A DNA stretch of 64,000 nucleotides from Trichoplax adhaerens (lineage: Eukaryota; Animalia; Placozoa). The DNA is taken from positions 966,731 through 1,030,730 of the forward strand of contig NW_002060943.1 of NCBI RefSeq assembly GCF_000150275.1, in the 5' to 3' direction. Positions 53,405 through 64,000 of the stretch are shown piece after piece. A model generated the notes under the pieces. The model searched no databases, had not been told where the DNA came from, and saw nothing but the letters and a program-made list of their open reading frames with translations. How positions within the stretch are numbered: position 1 is the stretch's first letter; the number at the start of each line of letters is the position of its first letter. The position numbers and the translations under genes are program-made.

Positions 53405-54954
53405 CAAATACGAATAAATTGATCTGATTTCAAAAGCCACTAATATCTGCTATATTAACAAGCAATGTTATCATCGGACAGAATATATGCAATCTTGAAT
53501 GAAGCGAGCACTTCTAGATTCTTCTCAAGTAATGTATGAATTGATCTAAAATTTGTTTACGAGTACAGTACTGTCATGTAGTGTCAAAACATAAAAATGG
53601 CAGGATTATCTGACCGTGATGACGGATGGACAGCTTATTACATTACCGTATTTCATCGATCTTGTCTCTCTTAATCTAGGAAGGGATTGATAAGATCGAT
53701 TCAATGCTCATACACTGATTGATGGCAAGTAGATAATCATCTCCAATGATCGTGATTTGATCCAGTTTCATGATGCTACTACCGTTACAACTCCAGTAGC
53801 AAGGAGCAACAAATATTGATGTAGTCCACCGCGATATATCGCACGCTGATGCATTCGTAGGCGTACAAATTTTACTGTTTACGTCATCCCTAACTAATAG
53901 ACTTTTCTACCTGCTGTGTTCTATTGGTAAAGTTGAATTTAGAGTAAAGCTTTCGCTTCAATGTTATTACTCTAGCGCGCTACTGTACTGTACTGTATGA
54001 GTCAGATTGGCACATACTAACGACTAGCAGTCTCCTATAGCACAGGTTATTTTAACACCTTTTGTGATCTTTCTGATTTCAACATGAATATTTATCAACT
54101 GAAGTGAAATAGTTTTTAGTAATCCAACTCGTTTTACTAGCTCCACGGTTAAGACAGTTGGGGTACATTCACCAATTAACTGTAGGCATATCAAATGTAC
54201 ACAGCCAATGCTATCGGAAAATGGAATCATCAAAGGGAAATCTTTCATGATGAAATATGTATGAGCTAATGTAGAATATGGATATTGTAGTAACAATCCT
54301 ATAAGGCTATAATGATAGCAGAAGGCGAGATGAACATGAATCTAAAAGGTACAATATGAATAAGTTGGCATCAAGAGCAGTTGCATTGATGTTGTCATTT
54401 CATTGAAAATTGTTGTACAACTGTACAAGTTGTACAGTATTAACAAGCGTTGATGTGCACAAGAAGTTGGCTCATCTCGAGCTCTACTGTAGACTGTACA
54501 GGTAGAGTAGTTGTATTTAGTCGATAAGTGCCTACCCCGAGCTTTTTATCGTCGCCTAAACTGACCATGACTTGATAGGAAACTGTTTGAAAGCTGATAA
54601 AAAAAAAGATAAATAAATTATTTTCATGATCATCGTCATCATCATCATTATTTCAATCCGTTAACAGCATTAAATCAATCGATTAGCTGACGCCGTCGTG
54701 GCATATTGATATGTAGTACCTCAACAAGGCAAAAGCGATGTTATGGATATCTGTACCACTGGTTGGATTTAATCAAGATCTACTACCCAATGACTTCCTT
54801 GGGATGAAAGGTGATCGCTTCTTTCCTAAAAGAAATATGTAAGAAATGGAACGGACTCAAAGTTGTACAATTTAATGCAGGCTCTTGCCAATGCGAATAC
54901 TTGTCGTTTATCCTTCCACTCTTTGACAAGACTGTATACAGGATCGATGACATT

Positions 54955-56260
54955 ATACAGTACAGTATTGTAAATTAATATAGAATTCATTATCAATTCC
55001 AGTAAGTCTCAACTTCATCGGCACTGACGCGGCTTCACATGTACACCGTACATGATACTGTACGGTACAGTACAGGATAAATAGTACTGTACTGTGCGGT
55101 GGGGTCTGAGCAAGACGTTCGGTATGGTTGACGGTCCTGTATGTGAGGTGTGATTTTCGATGAATGACTGTGACTAGCATGTGACGTCTTTTCCGTACGT
55201 ACTGTGCGGTACTGTACAATGTACTGTCCAGTACAGTACAGTGTACTGTACATACTGTACCGTGGTCAGGCTTTTGGATTTTTCAGCGTACTGTACAGTA
55301 CAGTACGGTACTGTACATTTTAGTGTACAGTACAATCCGACAGCAACATTCATTGGTCAGATTCTACTGTTGACAATGACTTGACGTTGACTCAAGTAAA
55401 AGGGTGAAGTGAAATAAGTGTGAAACCATGGTGTGAGCCTACGCTCCGAACTACGGTAAATCCCAGAGGGATTAATAATGTAGTAGTCCATGAGTGGGAC
55501 CTTCCAATAGACATCTCCTATGGGCCCAGCGTACTTCCGTGTGGCTGTACAGTACAGTACAGTACTTTACAGTGTACAGTGTACAGTACAGTACTGTACA
55601 GTCAGACGGTGTCAGTGTGTCACCATCGTTAAATCCAGAGAGATTAATAACGTACCGTACTGTACTGTAGAAGTCCATGACTGGGACCTTCCAATAGATG
55701 TCTCCTATGGGCCCAGCGTACTTCCGTGTAGCGTACAGTACTGTACACTGTACAGTGTAAACCAGTTCCAATCAGAGTACAGTACTTTAAGGTGCCCTAA
55801 AATCACGAGAGTGAATAAAAACGGAACAAAAATTATACCAATATAAAGCTGAATATCTGTATGTATAGAATTTGAGGCAAATTTTGCAGCTTGACTACAA
55901 TTTATTTTGCCTAATAGCACTCTAAAGAGAACTGGTTCACATCGTACAGTGTACAGTGTACAGGAGTGTACAGTACAGTCAGACGGTGTCACCATCGTTC
56001 ACAGTCAGTGCCTCGTGACCCATGTCCTACTGTTACATACTAGTACAGTACTGTACAGTACTGTAGTGCATTATACGTACTGTACAGTACAATATACTGT
56101 ATCACGCATTTTTTTTCTTTTTTCTTTTACCACGACGCGCTGCGCTACAGTATATACTCTACAGTACATCAAACACTACCGTATACTGTACTGTACTGTA
56201 CAGTGTAGAGAAAGTATACCGTGCAGATGAGTACAAATTGCTGTTATGTACTGTACAGAG
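54955..56260. repeat. TACAG/CTGTA pentamer island in the TMEM192-DDX6 divergent intergenic region
   Basis: Long runs such as CTGTACAGTACAGTAC and TACAGTGTACAGTGTACAG. A further patch lies at 57420-57650 in a DDX6 intron. Confidence 0.85.
55458..55750. repeat. ~172-bp tandem duplication with a GC-richer core containing an ETS-like site
   Basis: AGTCCATGA.TGGGACCTTCCAATAGA..TCTCCTATGGGCCCAGCGTACTTCCGTGT occurs twice (near 55485 and 55672). The minus strand reads CGGAAGT. Confidence 0.88.
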
Positions 56261-56431
56261 ACCTTCTACTTTCATTAGCCCTGTCATTTTGAGGCACATT
56301 CTGTGAAATCTACAACTGCGACAAAGTCGAATCATTTTCCATCTCCACTACTGTATCTACAGTCAAGAATCTCAACCAAAAGATACTTTATTAGTTATAC
56401 GTACTTGAAAAATAGTCTATGAACTGAATAA

Positions 56432-59400
56432 ATGGCTACTGCTACCAATCGTACTCCTAGTGCGGCAACCAACAACGTTAGGAATGCCAATTCGAAAAAA
56501 ACGTAAGTCTGGACTATTGCCTTCTTCTTGGAAGTCTGTGACTTCATGCACTTTTATGCGCCTTCTACTGTATACTGTACAGTCAATAACAAATGGAAAC
56601 TAGTCAAGGATAATTCGACAAAGTGTATTGCTGAACGATTAGCAAAAGGATATCTACACTCGTACTAGGCTATATATATAGTTTAGAATGGAATTCCAAA
56701 GAAATAGGTAGTGTCATTGCAAACGATACTCGAGTTGCGGCATTGAACTGTCAATTGCAGCGGTTGGTACTACATTTTGTTATTTACTACCGTATCGATA
56801 TTTGTAGAGATAGACTGTGCCATCCAATACTGTTTCATGCACAAAACGCAACATTACGCTACTCATGTTTGTCTTCAACTTGCGACTGAAAGTAACACGC
56901 GGAGTTGATCATTTACTACAGTAGCATAGTACAGAGATTACAATTTAGTCTTCTTTTTGGAAATGGACACAAGCAGAAGCTTTCATTTGTTCAAGAGTTA
57001 CCATCTAACTATGTACTGTATATTAATAATAAGTAGCACTCTTACTTCTGGCTATCCAGTCCAATAGAACTTTGTCAAGATACAGTACCGTAAACAGTGG
57101 ACAGTAACAGTACTGGATAGTATGAAAAAGTAGACAGTGAAATGTAGAGCGTAGGCAAAGATCGCCTATCCTATCGGTCGGTTACGACTCTACTGCCAAT
57201 AAGTACAGTCTACAAGTAATGATCGCGACATAAAAATAGGGTAATAGACACCCTTTAAGAAAGAAATAACCATGATAATTCCTTTTTATATTATGACTTG
57301 CTTGATGATTAATTTTTTTTTTTTTTGGGCAAATTATTTTGCAGTGAAGACTGGAAACAAAATCTACATCGTCCAGCTCCCGACAAACGTATCAGAACTA
57401 GTGTAAGTTCAACTTTCAAGGGTGTTTTTTACAGTATACAATACAGAGTACCGTACAGCAGTTGCTGTTATAGGTACCGTAGTCACTTTTTTTCCTGTCT
57501 AGTTCTTCACACTCCTTCAGTACTGTAGTTACTGCACTGCCTTTGAACACGAGTCGACACGAGCGTTTTCTTCTCACCCCTGCTGTGATGCCGTGGTGCT
57601 GGGCGTACAGTGTACAGTGTACAGTAGACTGTACTGTACGGTACAGACGCTAAAGCATTTGACTGTAATTCAAAATTTCTAGTCGTTCGTTGTTTGGATT
57701 ATTGACTTTTGGCCTTGAGGACGTGATTGTTATGAAATAAAATGAAATTTAAAATGCATTTTTCACTAGCAATAACTATCTCCCTAGTACTGTAATACTA
57801 CTATTATGTCAATCCTTTGTTGATCCATTACACCTAGGATTTTACACACTCATTAGAATCGATCCAGTGATAATTGCGCCAAGTTGAAAACATAGTGGAG
57901 ATAGTTTTAGCAATTTTTGATATAGTTATGCTATTGACGCAAGTAGAATGGCAGCGAAGCACGCTCTATTTTCCTTTTGTTCGTAAAACCTTACCTGTCA
58001 TACTATCGCCAAATGCAGTAGCGGATTGTTGTTCTTTAAAGCACGTTGATGAATGGAATAGGACGCTCTTAATGCATCTCCCTCACTAAACTACATAGGA
58101 TGTTACAAATACGAAAGGCAATGATTTTGAAGATTACTGCCTCAAGCGTGACCTATTAATCGGAATCTTTGAGAAAGGATTTGAAAAACCGTCGCCAATT
58201 CAGGAAGAAAGTATTCCCGTCGCTGTTTCTGGTAAAGATATTATAGCGAGAGCAAAGAATGGGACAGGCAAGACTGGTGCTTACTTGATTCCATTATTAC
58301 AGCTAACTGATCCAGACAAGAACGTCGTTCAATGTAAGTGTACAACGATAGCTATCATTGAAATTGCTCTTGTTGTACTTGTATTGAAATTAGGTCAAAT
58401 ATATGAAATGAAACTGCATGCATCTATCGCACTCAAAGCATGTTTCCTTTATAGCGATTGTCTTAGTTCCGACTCGTGAATTAGCCTTGCAAACTAGTCA
58501 AATTTGTAAAGAACTTGGTAAACATATGCAAATAAATGTTATGGTAACAACTGGTGGTACAAATCTCCGCGATGATATTATGCGTTTAAATGATCCAGGT
58601 ATGCCGTACCTTTCTTTACAAATTTTAGCCTACAGTGGCTTTGTATGACACAGTTTAGATTGCATGTAGTCTCCCATTCAGCACCAGTGACCACTGCTTG
58701 TCGTTGTTATTAAATCATAGTCCATGTTATGGTTGCAACTCCTGGGCGCATGTTCGATTTAGCCCGTAGAAATATTGCTGATTTAAATAACTGTAAACTT
58801 CTGGTCCTGGATGAAGCAGATAAGCTGCTATCTATGGATTCTAATGAATACTTGGAAGGATTAATTAGATTACTCCCCGATAGAAGACAGATACTTATGT
58901 ATTCAGCTACTTTCCCAGTTTCAGTATGTTCCTTTAAGGTAATTTTTGGTGCTATTTCGTAATTTTACTTGTAATGTATTCCTTTTTTGGAATATTTTGA
59001 ATCTATCATTGTTTATATCTTGTCGTTAATTGTTGTTGTGGCAGGATCGACACTTACATAATGCTTTCGAGATTAATCTTATGGACGACCTAACATTGAA
59101 AGGTATTACACAGGTAAGGGAGAAGTCGATAAATGCTCCTTTTTGCCTGCTTTAGAGTCATCGTATGAAGTAGTTATCTTACCTTGTCAACTTTGATTTC
59201 ATAGTATTACGCTCATGTTCATGAACGTCAGAAAGTCCACTGCCTGAATACATTATTCGCAAAGGTAATCAGCATCAGTCTATTTTAAAATTTAGTAACA
59301 TTGTCATTTGGTTATATCTCGTTCTTACATAATAAACGAAATAACAAGTGGATCCTTTTTATTTTGGATAGCTGCAAATAAATCAATCCATCATATTCTG

Positions 59401-59902
59401 TAATTCCGTACAGCGAGTAGAACTACTTGCGAAAAAGATTACACAATTAGGATACTCTTGTTTTTATATTCATGCTCAAATGAGTCAACACGATAGAAAT
59501 CGGGTTTTTCACGATTTCCGTCGTGGAGAATGCCGTAACCTTGTATGCACTGGTAGGTGGTATTAGTTAAAGCAAAAAGACATTTCTTACTATCGTTACT
59601 GAATGCCTAATTTTGCAATATCTTCTTTTTTCCTCACAGATCTTTTTACAAGGGGTATTGATATTCAAGCTGTAAATGTAGTTATTAATTTCGACTTCCC
59701 TATAAGTTCGGAAACTTATTTACACAGAATTGGACGATCGGGACGATTTGGTCACTTAGGATTAGCAATTAATCTTGTAACCCCAAACGATCGACGTAGT
59801 CTTTATCAAATAGAAGAAGAGCTTGCAACGACAATTAAAGCTATACCACAAAATGTCGATGCGCGTTTGTATGTAGCTGAATTTCAAATGTCAGACCAGT
59901 AA
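56432..59902 (+). CDS. DDX6: DEAD-box RNA helicase DDX6/Dhh1/Me31B
   Basis: [115 protein letters not shown]. Confidence 0.97.
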
Positions 59903-60644
59903 GAAGTGATCAACTCTTTTTGTTTTCCACGCAAGAGTATTTGATAAAGATGAAACTCTTATAAAATTGGGATTACGTTTTAATATTTCTCGTATTCTAA
60001 TCTTATCTTTGGTAATACTTGCGTTTTTTAAAATTACTACGGTATTTAGTATACTAAACTACAAAATTTTGATTGTCAAGAGCCTACTAACGCACTGAGT
60101 TAATACTTTCCTTTTAAATTTGATATCTATTTGTGCGTTATTTAGTAGACCTTCAATTCATTTATAAAAATAATTATGTAATCATGTACAAAGTATGTAT
60201 GTAGATACGTAATGTAAATGATATATAATGTAATTGTTATTATGCTACGAAAGCTTCATTATGCGTAGCCTTAGTAGCTACACTAAATAATTCACAAGTT
60301 TGGTCGCTATGTAATGTTATACTGTATGTTCTTCCGTAATGTACTGTAAAGATCTATTAAGCCGCATTTGCCACCAAACAGCGGCAGTTGTGCTCGAATT
60401 TTCAAGCCACTATACTTTGTTTACACTGTTAATGTATAGACTAAGCGTTTGCTGGTCTACTTTAACTAATGTAATACATAACATTCTCTTAAATTACCGC
60501 TTTGTAGAAAGAGCGAGGAGACAGCTTTGTTCATACTGCAAACCTATTGTTATAATCTCTGCTGTTGGATAAAACTAGTTTATTTTTTGTTGTTTTCGTA
60601 ATCGAACAACGGCTGAATTTTTTTTTTGGTTAAACTTTACTAAA

Positions 60645-61070
60645 ATACTTCATTCGATTTCCTACTTATGAAAATATTGGTTGATGCCTTACGAAAGATG
60701 AAGTTTAAAATTGAAGCCGTTGTAAATAGCATAGGATAAAAGATATAATATGATTTATGTTTCTGACTTGTGATAAATGATAAAAGCTGTCAGAAATTGA
60801 AGGACTTAATATTTCTGTCAAATTTGGTGTATACCTTTATGGTAAAGATGTATGGATAAACTTGATGATGCAACTTTATGACAGAAAATGATTTCGATTG
60901 TATGCAATAGTCCTCTGGTAACGTAAAAGTAATACTGGGATTGTTGGTATGGATTACTGGAAGATGTGATGAGAATCATTCATGGCAAAGTTATTGGAAT
61001 ATATCTCAATGACTGGTATCGCCATCCACTGGCTTCCTTGTAAAAGAGAACTGAAAGACACAATTCTGTA
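60645..61070 (+). pseudogene. Possible degraded death-domain gene fragment
   Basis: Frameshifted pieces PTYE/ILVDALRKMK and GLLVWITGRCDENHSWQ/LLEYISMTG resemble helix 5-6 of death domains. There are stops and frameshifts. Confidence 0.25.
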
Positions 61071-62210
61071 GGTGTATTGTGCTAGAGATAGAGACCCTAC
61101 TGGAGAAGAAATTTTAGACCAATGAATGAAAAGGAAAAATCTTCAATTCAATCGTCACCTACATTGTTATAATTTCCGGAAATGATGACTGACAGAAGTT
61201 TAGTTTAATTTCGAAATGATTTTCCGCGAAATTAGTTTGTTACTGTTGAGAATGGTCATTGGCAATAGTGGAGAGTACTGGAGACTCGTCAGCAATGAAG
61301 TCTAATCTAGCTCCATTTCTGTCGATGTTTGATTACTGTGGTCACCCTAATCGCCTTTGAACAATTCTCTGACGTGGGTTACAGCATAGTTAAAAATTAT
61401 ATCATGTATTGCACTTTAACTAGATTTTAACGTAGTTGTCGGCATGTTGTAGACTATGGCTTTCGATGATCAGACATTTAGAATTATAAAACTTTTGATA
61501 GTAATCGGAGCCATCCTAGCTTTCTTGACAGTAATAAGAGGTTCTGTAGTATTTCAGTGGATACTGATTTATTATGGCATTACATAAGTATGTTGTACTT
61601 AGTTTATTGTTATCCCTAATTTACTGCTGTAACGTGGAATAAATCTTCTAAATATCAATGAATTGTATGTGTCAGTGTATTGTGCTATTTCTGGTTGAGT
61701 TTCGTCACCAGTGGTGAGTTTATAGAGATTTGCCGCACGCTAGTATATCCGCCAGCTAATATATATTGCGAGGGAAATTAACTTATAAGCAAACGCAATT
61801 CTAGTTATTTCAGAACCGTAGCATTTTATTAATTATAGTTTAATCAGGAATAGATGAAATAGGATTTGACTCGAAAATGAATAGTCACATTGTTAGGTAA
61901 TGAAAATTTTGTGTCGTTCAATATTGTTATACGTTACGTGCTCCAGGCATATCGTTGTCGAATGCAGTTTACGCACATAGATCGAATGGTCGTATCCTAT
62001 GGCTAGAAATCAATGATTATATACACTTTTGAAAGATATGTGATGGAATAGATTCGAGTGATTTCTATCTTGCGGGTCGACTATTATGATTACTGAACTA
62101 TTTACGACAGCAATTGGGCTAGTCATTGTCGATATTTCAAACGCAACTAGGCTTTAGAGAAAATTAATGATATGCCTAGATTGTATTGATGAAAATCATG
62201 ATAAACAGAT

Positions 62211-64000
62211 TTAGTCGTCCGAATGACGTAAGAAACGTTTAAAGGATTCCTCTTCGAGCGGCCTTTCATTATCTGTAATTATAAATTTGATTTGATAATA
62301 ATTATTGAACTTCGGTAGGATATTATACTTCGTATTGATTACGGGTACATGAAAATAAATAAACTGGATATAACCTTCGTCGGTTGACATGGTGTTATCT
62401 TCTGCGTCGTCTGGATCAGCAAACGTTACATGAGGCCGTTTTCTCATTGTTGGTTCTGTATAATACAGATAAATATTTTTTTGAGTATAACATAGATGTT
62501 AACTAAGTTTACAAAACCGTAAGTTAATCTGTTGATTCCAGTAAACAAATCTTAGAATTTCTCACCACAGACGTCATCAGTAGTGACAGGCTTAGCTTTC
62601 ATAGGTACTACATCAGCATCTTTTAAGTCATCTTTTAGTTTTCGTAACTGTTCTTGTTGCTCCTCACTCTTTAATTGATTCTATAAGGCGTCAGATAGTA
62701 AGCATATAAATTGAAATCTTGTCAGGATTGTATTTACTACCACTGCACAATGATTTTCAAAATAGGATAAAAATTATGTTAATCAGATATCATAAACCGG
62801 TGGTAAATTTATGTGAAATACCTTTTTCTCGACAAGTCTGTCGTATTCTGGCTTGTATTGACTGATAAATTAAACATAATTTCATTTCAAGAATAGGTGT
62901 TAATTCCAAATAAGATCTGTCAATATATAGTCATCTTACGTTAGATATTCTTCTCTTGCACTATCAACAGCGGTAAAAAATTCATCTAAGCCTTCACCAG
63001 TAACAGCAGAAACCCCAACAGTCTATAGAGGAAGGTTGTTAATAATGTGCTAATCAACTAGTAAAAAGTTGTAACATACGTATTGTGAATACCTTCAGAT
63101 TATTATAGAATTCATCTAGAACAAGATTCATAGAACTAGTCAAATTAGCCATATAAGAGCCTTCCTGCAAGGAAAAATATTGGGGCCGTAACGTTAATAA
63201 CTGCATATCAGCTACTTAAGTTAAAATCTTTGATGACATGCTTTGCAAAATTACTTCATCAACCGCTTGCTGAAATGACTCAAAATCAGTCATCCACTCG
63301 ATAGCAAAATCGTGGCTCACTATATCAATCTGAAGAGATTAAGGTTAAAAGTTAATGTCATATACTAGTACACAAGTATTGATATGTTTAAGCACCGTAT
63401 AATTAGTAAGGTGGAACATTATACGCGTTACTTATTTCTTACTTTATTCATAACTAAGACAAATGGAAGTCTTGATTTGTATAATATACTGAAATAGCAA
63501 AATACGAAAATATTTATTGTCAAATTGATGAATAAATGCTAAAGATAACAGTAATCTATCCATTCTGTTATTCACCTGCAAGCATAAAGCATATTGGACA
63601 TAAAAGTAATGGGGCTTACACATCTAGAGGTGTCCATAACATAAACAATGACAGTGGGACAGGTTGATGCCTGAAGTATAGAAAAAAGTTAAGTTAAATT
63701 GAATTGCTGTCAATAGCAGTATGTAATGTTTGCAACTTGCTATTTCTTTCTTAATCAAAACGTAAATTAAGCATTTAGCATTCACCAGCGAATCAGTGAT
63801 GATTGAACCAGATGCTGACCAAGTAAAAACTTCAATTTGACCAGGAGTATCAAATAGTACGTATCTAATAAAATTAATGATGACTATTTCAGATAATGTA
63901 TTCACTTCATATTGCATAATTTAAATTCCTTACTTATAGTCGTGTTGCTTTTTTTCTATAAATTTAATTGCCTACCCAAGAAATGAAGTTTAAATAATGA
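62211..64000 (-). CDS. GPN1: GPN-loop GTPase 1 (3' part; gene continues beyond the window)
   Basis: [85 protein letters not shown], ending [14 protein letters not shown]. Confidence 0.95.

Noticed and set aside
54953-56230. Many overlapping ORFs rich in YSTV/CTVQ (also 46607-47356)
   Set aside because: These are translations of the TACAG pentamer repeat, which is open in several frames and shows no protein-like composition.
29323-64000. Functional clustering (LSM4+DDX6 P-body genes; ZNHIT2+GPN1 assembly factors)
   Set aside because: The genes are interspersed with unrelated genes in mixed orientation. Chance co-occurrence of housekeeping genes is sufficient.

Overview
AT-rich, intron-dense animal genomic DNA. 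The short GT-AG introns, high gene density and divergent GABA-B-like receptors suggest a placozoan (Trichoplax-like), which is an inference. The ORF track is mostly exon fragments, so gene models were rebuilt by hand from splice sites and reading frame. In order: an orphan single-pass receptor-like gene with cytoplasmic Tyr motifs (+, 1150-10161); GABA-B-like class C GPCR #1 (+, 12281-21334, with an assembly gap); RAD17 (-); LSM4 (+); GABA-B-like GPCR #2 (+, 32553-38246); an uninterrupted 650-aa ORF that resembles a Sola1-like DDD transposase with degraded catalytic motifs (-); RPS25 (-) head-to-head with ZNHIT2 (+); TMEM192 (-) head-to-head with DDX6 (+); and the 3' part of GPN1 (-). Both divergent housekeeping promoters are filled with TACAG/CTGTA palindromic pentamer islands that carry hairpin-containing tandem repeats. 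The best novelty candidates are the putative domesticated transposase, the orphan Tyr-motif receptor, the promoter-associated TACAG islands, the asymmetric GABA-B-like pair and a candidate U12-type intron. No tRNA, rRNA or CRISPR array was seen.
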